64,000 bases of DNA from an uncultured Candidatus Binatia bacterium. GTDB taxonomy: Bacteria; Desulfobacterota; Binatia; Bin18. The first letter of the stretch is position 1. Every line of letters begins with the position of its first letter. The DNA is taken from the NCBI GenBank assembly GCA_965207575.1, contig OZ242288.1:2941467-3005466 (forward strand), written 5' to 3'. This document shows, piece by piece, positions 26,053-35,312 of this stretch. The position numbers were made by a program, and so were the translations under genes. Below the pieces are notes generated by a model. It had not been told where the DNA came from, did no database searches, and saw nothing but the letters and a program-made list of their open reading frames with translations.

Positions 26053-26781
26053 TCAGCTCGTCAGCTCTCGTGAGAGCGCGAAATCTTTGCCGTCCTGTGC
26101 CGCGACCAGAGCCGGTGTCTGCTGGGAGTCACTCTCAAGAATCCCCAGGGCGATCGACTTTAAGGGCTCCAGATACTCGTCGAGCTTGGTAAAGCTGCTG
26201 AGCGCCCAATGCCGCACCGCCCAAGACTGGGCCAGCACCAATAAACAGTGGGCTTTAAGTCGAATATTCCCGTCCGGAAATACCCCCTGGGCGATCCCAT
26301 AGGCAATAATCTCCTCGAAAAAATGCTGAATTCGTTCTTCGCCCTCGAGAAAGCGCTTGCGTTCCGTCAACGTCAGCGACTTTGTTTCCTGATAGGCTAG
26401 GACGGTGTTGCGCCGCAATTCATCGGTCAGCGCGGCGTACTGCTCGTAGGCCCGCAAAAACAAATCCTGCGGACTGGCGCCATCCCGCTTGAGCCGCTCA
26501 AACTCGGCTCGCTGTTTTTGAAACCCGGCCTCGGCTCGAGCTTGGCCGGAGGAGAGCAGAAAAAAGAGAATTTCTTCCTTACTGGTAAAGTAGTTGAAAA
26601 CCGAACCCACGCTGAGCCCGGCTTTTTGGGCAATCTCACGGACGCTGGTGTTGTGATAGCCGTTCTGGAGAAAGAGATTGAGCGCCGCGGTGGCAATGCG
26701 TTCCTGGCCTTCTTGCAACCGCTTTTCGTCGGTCACCTGAGACGGGGATTTGCGTTTTTTGCGTAAGACCTGAGATTTCAC
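26053..26781 (-). CDS. TetR-family transcriptional regulator
   Basis: N-terminal HTH LFLQNGYHNTSVREIAQKAGLSVGSVFNYF typical of TetR. Confidence 0.8.
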   Translation of the reverse strand: MKSQVLRKKRKSPSQVTDEKRLQEGQERIATAALNLFLQNGYHNTSVREIAQKAGLSVGSVFNYFTSKEEILFFLLSSGQARAEAGFQKQRAEFERLKRDGASPQDLFLRAYEQYAALTDELRRNTVLAYQETKSLTLTERKRFLEGEERIQHFFEEIIAYGIAQGVFPDGNIRLKAHCLLVLAQSWAVRHWALSSFTKLDEYLEPLKSIALGILESDSQQTPALVAAQDGKDFALSRELTS

Positions 26782-26912
26782 TGTTGAGCGCCTTTCGTCA
26801 GGGTCCGGTGCGCGACAGAAACTGAGTGAGTGTTCATTCCAAGCTCATACGATACGGGCCGGTCTTTTGTCAAGCCGGAAGAAACTCGCTAGAGTAAGCC
26901 CGGGAGCGACGC

Positions 26913-28991
26913 ATGAGACTCATTGGGGTTGACGTAGGCGGGACATTCACCGACGCGGTCTTTGCCGACACCCGGACGGACCGGTTGGCCATCCATAAGG
27001 TGCCCACGTCTCCAGACGACCCCTCCCTTGGGGTCATGCGCGCGATCACCGAGCTCTGTCACCACCAGACCATCCCGCTCGACAGCATTGCCCTGATCTA
27101 CCACGGCACCACGATCGCCACCAACGCCCTGCTGGAATATAAAGGCGCGACCGCGGGCATGATGACCACCCAGGGTTACCGCGATATTCTCCATATCGGG
27201 CGCCACCAGCGGCCCCATCACTACTCCATCCAGCAGGAGATTCCTTGGCAGGATCGCCCCCTGGTCCGCCGCCGCCATCGCAAGGGCGTTCCGGAGCGAC
27301 TCGTTCCGCCGCATGGTGAGGTTCTGATTCCGCTCGATGAAGCCGCGGTCCGTCAGGCGGCCCGCGAGCTCAAAGACGCCCGGGTTGAATCGATTGCCGT
27401 CTGTTTTTTGTTCTCGTACCTCAACGCCGAGCATGAAAATCGCGCCCGTGAGATCATTCTCGAAGAATACCCCGAGGTCTTTGTCACCACCTCGGCCTCC
27501 CTCTCCCCCCAGTTCCGCGAGTTTGAACGGTTTACCACGACTGCCATTAACGCTTTTATCGGCCCCACCGTCCACCGCTATGTTTCGCAATTGGAGCAGC
27601 GCCTGCGCAGCGCCGGGATTGGGGCCGAGCTGCGTATCATCCGCTCCAACGGCGGGCTGGCCACCCCCCGGGTGGTTGCCCAAAAGCCCGCCCTGACCCT
27701 GCTGTCCGGCCCAGCCGCGGGCGTGCTCGGCGGAGCCTGGACGGGCGAGCGGTCGCAGCGCACCCGGCTCATTACCTTTGATGTGGGCGGCACCAGCGCC
27801 GATATCGGCGTGGTGACGGACGGGCAATTCAGCGAAGCCACGGCCCGCGATACCTGGATAGCCGGCTATCCGGTTCTGGTCCCGATGATCGACATCCACA
27901 CCATTGGCGCCGGCGGCGGCAGCATTGCCCATATTGACCCAGGCGGAGGTTTTCGGGTCGGGCCACACAGTGCCGGCTCCCAGCCGGGCCCGGCGGCCTA
28001 TGGTCGCGGGGGAACCCAGCCCACGGTCACGGACGCCAATATCCTCCTGGGTCGGCTGGACACGGAAAATTTTCTCGGCGGTGCCATGGCGCTTGATGCC
28101 GCAGCCGCCGGGCGGGCCATTCATGCTTTGGCCGATCCACTTGGGTTGTCGGAACTGGAAACGGCCGAAGGGATCGTGACGATTCTCAATAGCAATATGG
28201 CCAATGCCATACGCTCGCGCACCGTACAGAAAGGCATTGACCCGCGCGCCTACGCGCTGATCGCCTTTGGCGGGGCCGGTCCGCTCCACGGCGCGGAGGT
28301 CGCCCGCCTGCTGGGCGTTCCGGAGTGCATCGTCCCCCCCTACCCCGGTATTACCTCGGCCGTTGGCCTGCTGACTACGGATGTCAAATACGATGCGACC
28401 CGGACCGCCTTTCAGGTCTCGACCGCTTTTGATCTGCCCCGGCTCAACGCGGCGTTTACGCAGATGCAAAACGAACTGCACCAACAGTTCAGCGACGACG
28501 GCATTGCCCAGACCGCAGTCACATTTACGCGTTTTGCCGATGTGCGCTACGTCGGCCAGGGCTATGAGCTGCGGGTCGCCGTGCCCGAGGGTCCACTCGA
28601 TGCCGCCGCGCTCGACCGCATCACTGAGCGTTTTCACCGGCAGCACGAGTTGGAGTACGGTCATTTCTTCGTGGACAGCCCGATTGAAATCGTGACCATC
28701 CGTCTGGTCGGAGTTGGCCAGGCGCAGAGAATCCACGCCGCGTCTTCATCCGGCTCCGGCTCGCTCCAGGCCGCGCTGGTCAAAACCCAGCCGTCGGTAT
28801 TTCGGGTTCAGAACGAGTTGCGCAGTCTGGAGACTGCCTTTTACCGGCGAGAACGGCTCCCGGTCGAAGAGGTGGTTGCCGGTCCGGCGGTCATCCTGCA
28901 AACAGACTCGACCACCGTGGTTCCGCCGGATTGTACTTTTCAACTCGACCCCCACGGGAATCTGCTCATTCAGATAGGAGGGGCAGCATGA
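26913..28991 (+). CDS. hyuA: Hydantoinase/oxoprolinase A subunit (HyuA family), paralog 3
   Basis: MRLIGVDVGGTFTDAVFAD... ; divergent from the TetR gene. Confidence 0.85.
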   Translation: MRLIGVDVGGTFTDAVFADTRTDRLAIHKVPTSPDDPSLGVMRAITELCHHQTIPLDSIALIYHGTTIATNALLEYKGATAGMMTTQGYRDILHIGRHQRPHHYSIQQEIPWQDRPLVRRRHRKGVPERLVPPHGEVLIPLDEAAVRQAARELKDARVESIAVCFLFSYLNAEHENRAREIILEEYPEVFVTTSASLSPQFREFERFTTTAINAFIGPTVHRYVSQLEQRLRSAGIGAELRIIRSNGGLATPRVVAQKPALTLLSGPAAGVLGGAWTGERSQRTRLITFDVGGTSADIGVVTDGQFSEATARDTWIAGYPVLVPMIDIHTIGAGGGSIAHIDPGGGFRVGPHSAGSQPGPAAYGRGGTQPTVTDANILLGRLDTENFLGGAMALDAAAAGRAIHALADPLGLSELETAEGIVTILNSNMANAIRSRTVQKGIDPRAYALIAFGGAGPLHGAEVARLLGVPECIVPPYPGITSAVGLLTTDVKYDATRTAFQVSTAFDLPRLNAAFTQMQNELHQQFSDDGIAQTAVTFTRFADVRYVGQGYELRVAVPEGPLDAAALDRITERFHRQHELEYGHFFVDSPIEIVTIRLVGVGQAQRIHAASSSGSGSLQAALVKTQPSVFRVQNELRSLETAFYRRERLPVEEVVAGPAVILQTDSTTVVPPDCTFQLDPHGNLLIQIGGAA

Positions 28992-30790
28992 GGACCCCAG
29001 CAGACAACGCCCCTAATGGCCACGACATTGATCCGATTACGGCCAGCGTCATCCTGGGTGCGCTGGAGAATATTGCGGTGGAGATGGGCTATAAGCTCAT
29101 GCGCATGTCGTATTCGAGCATTATTCGGGAGTCCGAGGATTTCGGCACGGCCCTGGTCAATGCGCGTGGCGAACAATTATGCGAGTCAAAGCAGAGCACC
29201 CCCCTCCAGTCCGGCCCGATTCCCGGCTATGTGCGCGGGCTGCTCGACGCGCTCGCCAAGCGGGAAGAGTCTGTCCTGCCCGGCGACGTCATCATGCATA
29301 ACGACCCGTACGGCGGGGCCAGCCACGGCCCGGATGTCGGGTTTTGCGTGCCGGTTTTCTACCAGGGTGATCTGGTCGGGTTTTCCGTCACCACGGCCCA
29401 CCACCTCGACATCGGCTGTCAGACCCCGGGCAGCACCGGCATTGTCGAGGCGTTTGACGCCTATGCCGAGGGTTTGCAGTTCAAGGCGATCAAGGTGTAC
29501 GAGCAGGGCAACCGGAACGCCGCGGTGTGGCAGTTGTTGCGCGATAACATCCGCATCTCCGATCTGGTGGTGGGCGATATGGAGGCCCAGATCGCAGCCT
29601 GTCGCATCGGTGCCGAACGCTATATCGAACTCATCGAGCGCTACGGGCTCCACACGGTCGAAGCGGCCTGCGCCTCCCTGTTTGATTACTCCGAGCGCTT
29701 GATGCGGCAGGCCATCGACCAGATTCCGGACGGCAGCTATACGGCCACCGGCCATATGGACGGCTATATTGACGATCCCGACCCAGGTCGGCGCAACCTG
29801 CCCATTTGCGTGACCCTGACGGTCAGCGGATCGGAGCTGAGCGTAGACCTGACCGGCACCGCACCGCAGGTGTCGGACCGGCCCATCAATATGCCCCTGG
29901 TTGGCACGGTTGACGTGGCCATCTGGCTGGTGCTGCGCTCGGTCCTGCTCGACACCGAAATCTACGGCGACCTGCCGCAGAATGCCGGACTCTACCGGCC
30001 CATTCAGATCATTGCGCCGCGCGGCACGCTGGCCAACCCTGTTTTTCCGGCACCGACCATTGCCCGTTTTGTCACCGGCAACGTCTTAAGCGATACCGTC
30101 ATGAAGGCCCTGGCCCAGGCCGTTCCCCGCCAGGTCAGTGCCGGCATCGGCAACCTCAAGGCCATTGCCTCCAGCGGGATGCGGCCGAACAACAGCCCTT
30201 GGGTGCATTTGGAAATTTTTGAGGGCAGCTACGGCGGCCGGTACGGTCACGACGGCATGGACACCGTTGATACGCTGTATGCCAACACCCGTAATAACCC
30301 CATTGAAGACGTGGAGTCCCACGTGCCGCTCCGGGTCGAACGCTACGAGCTACGCGAGGATGCGTGTGCACCTGGGCAGTGGCGGGGCGGTATGGGGTCA
30401 ATCAAGGAGCTGCACTATCTGCGTGACGGCGGCACGTCGGTCGAGGCCGACGGTTTTGTCTATGGCGCTTGGGGGTTTGACGGAGGCAGCACGGGCATCC
30501 CCGGCACCCTGACCTTGAGAACCCTGGATAACGAAGAAATCGCTCTGCCCTCAAAAGTTCCCTATCGCGGCGTCAAAGCCGGAGAGCGTCTGATCACCAT
30601 TGGTGCTACCGGCGGCGGCTACGGCGACCCCTTCCGGCGCGACCCGCAGCAGGTCCTGGAAGATGTATTGGACGAATACTACACCCGAGACACCGCCCGG
30701 CAAGAATATGGCGTCGTCATCAGTGAGGATATGCAGTTGGACCGTGAGGGGACGGAGCAGCTTCGACGCGAGCAGAAAACACGCTCATGA
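28988..30790 (+). CDS. hyuB: Hydantoinase/oxoprolinase B subunit (HyuB family), paralog 3
   Basis: Start taken at MRTPADN (ATG 28988) overlapping the hyuA3 stop by ATGA; 600 aa HyuB-family. Confidence 0.85.
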   Translation: MRTPADNAPNGHDIDPITASVILGALENIAVEMGYKLMRMSYSSIIRESEDFGTALVNARGEQLCESKQSTPLQSGPIPGYVRGLLDALAKREESVLPGDVIMHNDPYGGASHGPDVGFCVPVFYQGDLVGFSVTTAHHLDIGCQTPGSTGIVEAFDAYAEGLQFKAIKVYEQGNRNAAVWQLLRDNIRISDLVVGDMEAQIAACRIGAERYIELIERYGLHTVEAACASLFDYSERLMRQAIDQIPDGSYTATGHMDGYIDDPDPGRRNLPICVTLTVSGSELSVDLTGTAPQVSDRPINMPLVGTVDVAIWLVLRSVLLDTEIYGDLPQNAGLYRPIQIIAPRGTLANPVFPAPTIARFVTGNVLSDTVMKALAQAVPRQVSAGIGNLKAIASSGMRPNNSPWVHLEIFEGSYGGRYGHDGMDTVDTLYANTRNNPIEDVESHVPLRVERYELREDACAPGQWRGGMGSIKELHYLRDGGTSVEADGFVYGAWGFDGGSTGIPGTLTLRTLDNEEIALPSKVPYRGVKAGERLITIGATGGGYGDPFRRDPQQVLEDVLDEYYTRDTARQEYGVVISEDMQLDREGTEQLRREQKTRS

Positions 30791-30973
30791 AGGCACGGGG
30801 ATGCCGAGTTGCTTGCAAATCCGCGCAGCCGTGAATTCGAGAATCTCACGATGACGCGGAACCGAAGTACGGCGATTGGTGGCCGGATTCTCCCAGATGG
30901 AATGTTCTCCCCCCTCCCGCACGAATCGGCATCCGTGTTGACTCAAGTGTCTCAGCAGATCGCGCCGTTTCAT
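30785..30973 (-). CDS. hicA: HicA-family toxin (mRNA interferase)
   Basis: 62 aa; MKRRDLLRHLSQHGCRFVREGGEHSIWENP... matches the HicA/YcfA pattern. Confidence 0.7.
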   Translation of the reverse strand: MKRRDLLRHLSQHGCRFVREGGEHSIWENPATNRRTSVPRHREILEFTAARICKQLGIPVPS

Positions 30974-31254
30974 GGTGCGGGCGATTGGGGAACGATTCTG
31001 ACATGAGACGCCGCAGTCAACAGCAGGTGAATAGGCTCTTCCAGGTCAGCCTCCGGATCGGTCAGTGAGGGGTCGGGCTGGGGTAAAGGCTCACCCCGCA
31101 GCAGATTCGTCTCGGCCATGTCCGCCAGCGCGCTTGCCAGCAACCGTCGGGCTTCCTCCAGGGTTGCGCCACAGGTGATCGTGCCCGGAAAATCCAACAC
31201 TTCGGCATGGATGCCGTGATCGAGGAATTTATACAGGGCTTTATACGTCAACAT
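30970..31254 (-). CDS. hicB: HicB-family antitoxin
   Basis: 94 aa upstream of and overlapping hicA by 4 bp; UPF0150-like. Confidence 0.55.
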   Translation of the reverse strand: MLTYKALYKFLDHGIHAEVLDFPGTITCGATLEEARRLLASALADMAETNLLRGEPLPQPDPSLTDPEADLEEPIHLLLTAASHVRIVPQSPAP

Positions 31255-31334
31255 GTTTTACCCGTTATAGAGGATGAGACTGATTGATGCATTGTGTCAA
31301 AAACATAACCCCCGAGCCGATAGGGGCGGCGCGC

Positions 31335-31751
31335 TTATCCCAGCGCCCCGTCAATATGGACCTTGCGGTATGAAAACAGCCACTGACCCTCGTGTTTGAC
31401 CAGCCGGTCTTCGTACTCCCCGGCCATGGCTACCCGGCTGCCGCCCTCCTTGGTGGTTGAGGTCAGCAGCAAAAAACACTTCGAGCGGGCCGTATCGCCC
31501 TCCACCTCGGTCAGAATATTGGTCACATAGTGGCGCAGCTTGGGACTCTCGGCCGCCAGCCGTTTGACCTCGGCGGTAAAGCGGTCGAGCTCCCGATGGG
31601 CGTCAAATTTGCCGATCACCCCGTCAAAGACGCCGTCTGGCGCAAAGCAGTCTGCCCAGCCCTGATAGTCTTCGTGATCAATAGCGAAATTATACCGCGC
31701 GATCAACTCGGCGATGGCCGTTTTGTCCCGGTCGTGTTGTTCTTCGGTCAT
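31335..31751 (-). CDS. SnoaL/NTF2-like fold protein
   Basis: About 139 aa from MTEEQHDRD; NTF2-like sequence. Confidence 0.45.
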   Translation of the reverse strand: MTEEQHDRDKTAIAELIARYNFAIDHEDYQGWADCFAPDGVFDGVIGKFDAHRELDRFTAEVKRLAAESPKLRHYVTNILTEVEGDTARSKCFLLLTSTTKEGGSRVAMAGEYEDRLVKHEGQWLFSYRKVHIDGALG

Positions 31752-32004
31752 GTCGCTTCCTCCAAAGTTCTCCTCAAACGCTTTTCCCGATGTCTCTTGG
31801 TGGGATTGGGGTGATTCCGAGCTGCATAGGTGAAGCCTGAGGGCATCGGGCCAACAGTCCACTCCCTAAACAAAACATCACAAAAGTCAACCTGGCGACC
31901 GCTCGCCATGAGCACTGGGACGCGCTCAGAAAGCGCGGGATGGACTCTCACGTATCCTGGAGAGAGACGGTCGGCTTACGCTACACCAAGCCGGTCTACG
32001 GGAC

Positions 32005-32322
32005 TTGACGAAGCGTAACGTTTATCGTTACGCTTCGTTCGTGATCAAGACCTTCGCCGACAAGCACACCGCAGCGGTCTTTGCGGGTCACGCCGTTCGT
32101 GGCTTACCCATGCAGATGCAGCGACGGGCACGGGCGAAGCTCCTGGCGATTGAGGCCGCCGCTCAGCTTGATGATCTGCGGGTACCGCCCGGTAATCGAT
32201 TGGAAGCATTACGGGGCGATCGGCGAGGGCGGTATAGCCTGCGTATAAACGACCAATGGCGTATCTGTTTTGTCTGGCGCGCTGGTGATGCCTGGGAGGT
32301 CGAGATCGTTGACCACCACTGA
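32005..32322 (+). CDS. higB: HigB-family toxin (RelE/ParE superfamily)
   Basis: C-terminal RGDRRGRYSLRINDQWRICFVW...EVEIVDHH matches HigB/killer-protein pattern. The true start may be the GTG at 32041. Confidence 0.6.
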   Translation: MTKRNVYRYASFVIKTFADKHTAAVFAGHAVRGLPMQMQRRARAKLLAIEAAAQLDDLRVPPGNRLEALRGDRRGRYSLRINDQWRICFVWRAGDAWEVEIVDHH

Positions 32323-32336
32323 GGAGCGAGGATGAC

Positions 32337-32690
32337 ATGACTATCAAGCGTAGCGATGTGGACCGAGGACAGGTGGATTTCTCGGATGTGACATCCGGGC
32401 GGCGGCTACCGCCGGTCCATCCTGGCGAGATTCTTCGTGACGAGTTCCTAGTGCCGCTAGACCTCAGCGTGTACCGGCTCGCCCAGATACTCAAAGTATC
32501 CCGGCCGCGGTTGAACGAAATCGTGCATGGCCGCCGGGCCGTGACGACTGATACCGCGCTCCGCCTGGGGTGCTATTTCGGGACGACACCAGAGTTCTGG
32601 CTCAATCTTCAGACCCGTTATGATCTTGATGTCGCCGCGCATACGCTGCGGCGCAAAATCGAGCGGGAGATCGCCCCGCGCGCGGCGTGA
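32337..32690 (+). CDS. higA: HigA-family antitoxin (XRE-type HTH)
   Basis: HPGEILRDEFLVPLDLSVYRLAQILKVSRPRLNEIVHGRRAVTTDTALRLGCYFGTTPEFWLNLQ is the canonical HigA HTH. Confidence 0.7.
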   Translation: MTIKRSDVDRGQVDFSDVTSGRRLPPVHPGEILRDEFLVPLDLSVYRLAQILKVSRPRLNEIVHGRRAVTTDTALRLGCYFGTTPEFWLNLQTRYDLDVAAHTLRRKIEREIAPRAA

Positions 32691-32777
32691 CGCGGCGGGA
32701 CGGGTGCCAGCGGGGAGTCGACGGAAACGCAATCAGAAAGCGCGGGATGGACTTTCACGCATTTCCGTGAGATAGCC

Positions 32778-34025
32778 TTGTCCCATAAGGCTCTCTCCAT
32801 GCAACTCAATCACGCCCGTCTGCTGAATAGCCTCACACAGCTCGCCCAATTTGGAAAAGTTGAGACCGGGGTGAATCGGCTGTCCTTTACGCCCGAAGAT
32901 CGAGCCGCGCGGCAATGGCTGGTCGAACAGATGCGCGAGGCCAGCCTGGATGCGGAGATCGACGGGATTGGGAATGTCTACGGGCGGACACGCGGGGTGG
33001 ACACCGCCGTGCTGATTGGTTCGCATACCGACTCCGTACCGAAAGGCGGCTGGCTGGATGGCGCGATGGGGGTGCTGTACGGCCTGGAGGTCGCCCGGGC
33101 GCGGAACGAATCGAATACTCTGTCCGGCCTTGGTGTTGACGTGATCTCCTTTGCCGATGAAGAAGGAACGTATCGGGCTCTGGCCGGCAGCTTGTCGTTT
33201 TGCGGCGAGTTGTCGGACGCGGATATTGAAGGTGCAAAAAATACGCACGGCGTCTCGCTCACACACGCCCTGACCGAAGCCGGCTATGCCGGACAACCCC
33301 GCGCCCGGATCGATCCGAGTCGCCATCTGGCCTATTTTGAAGGCCATATTGAACAGGGGCCGCGGCTTGAGGTCGAAGGACAAAAAATCGGTCTGGTGAC
33401 CGCCATCGTCGGCATTCGCCGCAGCCGCATCACCTGTACCGGTCAGGCCGACCACGCCGGCACAACACCGATGCATTTACGTAAAGACGCCGGGGCCGTC
33501 CTGATTCGTCTCTGTACCGAACTGCTCAACCGGTTTGCAAATGCCGGCAGCGAGCTGAGCGTATGGAATCTGGGCCATATTGTTTTTGAACCGGGCGCCG
33601 GCAATGTCGTGCCCAGTTCGGCCCAGGTCCTGGTCGAGTTCCGCGACCCTCGGCCGGAAGTGCTTGATCGTCTGGAAGCTGAAATCAATGCAGCGGTCGC
33701 CGCGTTTCATGGACAACAGGGCGTCGGCGCTGAGGTGGACCATCTGCTGAGCATCACCCCGGCGGATATGGACGCCACCCTGGTCGATACCATTGAGGCT
33801 GCGACCCGGCAGCGGGCCATCCCGGCCCTGCGTATGCCCAGCGGAGCTGGGCACGATGCCATGGTCCTGAGTCGCTACGTCCCAACCGCCATGCTTTTTA
33901 TCCCCAGTATCGGCGGCCGCAGCCACGATGTCGCCGAGGACACCAGTGCGGAAGATATCTGTCTGGGAGCAGATATTCTGGCTGATACGGTGTCATTACT
34001 GGCCCGGCAGAAAGGACTGGCATGA
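32778..34025 (+). CDS. hyuC: M20-family Zn-dependent amidohydrolase (N-carbamoyl-L-amino-acid hydrolase / allantoate amidohydrolase type)
   Basis: 415 aa; AmaB/HyuC-like sequence. Confidence 0.75.
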   Translation: MSHKALSMQLNHARLLNSLTQLAQFGKVETGVNRLSFTPEDRAARQWLVEQMREASLDAEIDGIGNVYGRTRGVDTAVLIGSHTDSVPKGGWLDGAMGVLYGLEVARARNESNTLSGLGVDVISFADEEGTYRALAGSLSFCGELSDADIEGAKNTHGVSLTHALTEAGYAGQPRARIDPSRHLAYFEGHIEQGPRLEVEGQKIGLVTAIVGIRRSRITCTGQADHAGTTPMHLRKDAGAVLIRLCTELLNRFANAGSELSVWNLGHIVFEPGAGNVVPSSAQVLVEFRDPRPEVLDRLEAEINAAVAAFHGQQGVGAEVDHLLSITPADMDATLVDTIEAATRQRAIPALRMPSGAGHDAMVLSRYVPTAMLFIPSIGGRSHDVAEDTSAEDICLGADILADTVSLLARQKGLA

Positions 34026-34756
34026 AGATCAAGATCATCAATCCCAACACCTCCGAGGAAATGACGCGCGCAATCGGCGCGGCCGGCGAGTCGGTGGCCC
34101 GACCGGGCACCCAGATCACGGCGGTCAGCCCCCGATTCGGGCCGGCCTCCATCGAGTCCTACTACGATGACTATCTGAGCATTCCCGGTCTGCTCGAAGA
34201 AGTTCAAAAGGGAGAGGCCGAACAGTGCGACGCCTATATTATCGCCTGTTATGGCGACCCTGGTTTGCACGCGGCGCGTGAATACACTACCAAGCCGGTG
34301 GTCGGCATCGCCGAAGCCTCCCTGTATATGGCCTCCATGCTGGCGGCGCGCTTCTCTATTGTGACGGTGATTCCGCGGACACGCACCATGCTCGAAGAAA
34401 TGGTCGCCGGGTATGGCTTTCGGGAAAAAGTGGTGAGTATCCGTACCTCTCCGCTGTATGTGCTTGATGTGGAAAAAGACCCGGCCGGAGCGCTCGAAAA
34501 GCTGCGCCTCGAAGCGCGTCGGGCGCGGGACGAAGACGATGCCGAGGCTATTCTACTCGGCTGTGCCGGGTTTACCCAGTTTGCAGATGAGCTGGAGCGA
34601 GAACTTGAGATACCCGTCCTTGACGGCGTGGTGTGTGCGGTCAAGATGGCCGAGTCGCTGGTCGAATTGGGCAAAACCACGAGCAAGTATAAAACCTACC
34701 GCCCGCCGGAGAAGAAGGCCTACACCGGCATCTTCAAGCATTTTGGCCGCACGTAG
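34022..34756 (+). CDS. hyuE: Asp/Glu/hydantoin racemase family protein (hydantoin racemase-like)
   Basis: MKIKIINPNTSEEMT... with paired Cys-containing motifs; ATGA overlap with hyuC. Confidence 0.75.
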   Translation: MKIKIINPNTSEEMTRAIGAAGESVARPGTQITAVSPRFGPASIESYYDDYLSIPGLLEEVQKGEAEQCDAYIIACYGDPGLHAAREYTTKPVVGIAEASLYMASMLAARFSIVTVIPRTRTMLEEMVAGYGFREKVVSIRTSPLYVLDVEKDPAGALEKLRLEARRARDEDDAEAILLGCAGFTQFADELERELEIPVLDGVVCAVKMAESLVELGKTTSKYKTYRPPEKKAYTGIFKHFGRT

Positions 34757-34974
34757 GGTCATCCCCTCTCCCCTCCTCGACGTGTGATGCATATTGTGGC
34801 GTGAGCCTCTCGGGACCGGTCCGGCGGCCCCCGCCTCGGGCCACTCGCCCTCCCGCTGCCTGGGAGAGCGGCCATCTTGGCCGCTTGCGGGCTGGAAGCC
34901 CGCACTCCTGGCCCCCTGTCGTGGCTTGAGCAATAGTATTTTACCAGCCTGATCTGACGAGTTATATTGCATCG

Positions 34975-35250
34975 ATGCGATCCGCATATTCTACTGACGA
35001 AGCCAAGGCGCAATTCTCGGAGATCATCCGGCAGGTGCGTCAGGGAAAAACCATCACGGTTTCTTATCGTGGGGAGCCCGTGGCCGAGATTCGCCCGTTC
35101 CAACGGGGACCGGAAACGATCGAAAAGCGTCTCGTGGAGTACGAACGCCGGGGCCTCCTGGCTCGTCCAAGCGGGCAAAGGCAACCGCTCAAGGCCGTGG
35201 CGCGACGAAGCGGCGCACTCAGACGCTTTCTCGCCGAGCGAGGCACATGA
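34975..35250 (+). CDS. Phd/YefM-family antitoxin
   Basis: 91 aa; AKAQFSEIIRQVRQGKTITVSYRGEPVAEIRP pattern. Confidence 0.6.
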   Translation: MRSAYSTDEAKAQFSEIIRQVRQGKTITVSYRGEPVAEIRPFQRGPETIEKRLVEYERRGLLARPSGQRQPLKAVARRSGALRRFLAERGT

Positions 35251-35279
35251 GCGTCGCCTATGTCGATCAAGTCCCGTAG
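35247..35279 (+). pseudogene. Remnant (10 codons, MSVAYVDQVP*) of the partner toxin gene; ATGA-coupled to the Phd stop
   Basis: ATG overlaps the antitoxin TGA as in intact TA operons. The reading frame ends at a TAG that forms the first bases of the GTCGGATTA hairpin. Confidence 0.35.
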
Positions 35280-35305
35280 GTCGGATTAGCGTAGCGTAAT
35301 CCGAC
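35280..35305. repeat. Hairpin GTCGGATTA-N8-TAATCCGAC immediately 3' of D-aminoacylase 2
   Basis: Same stem as 21463-21489. Confidence 0.5.
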
Positions 35306-35312
35306 AGCCCCA

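Noticed and set aside
34757-34974. GC-rich region after hyuE, considered as another MITE copy.
   Set aside because: It contains a good terminator-like hairpin (GCGGGCT-GGAA-GCCCGC) but none of the MITE modules. It is treated as an ordinary terminator / 3' UTR.
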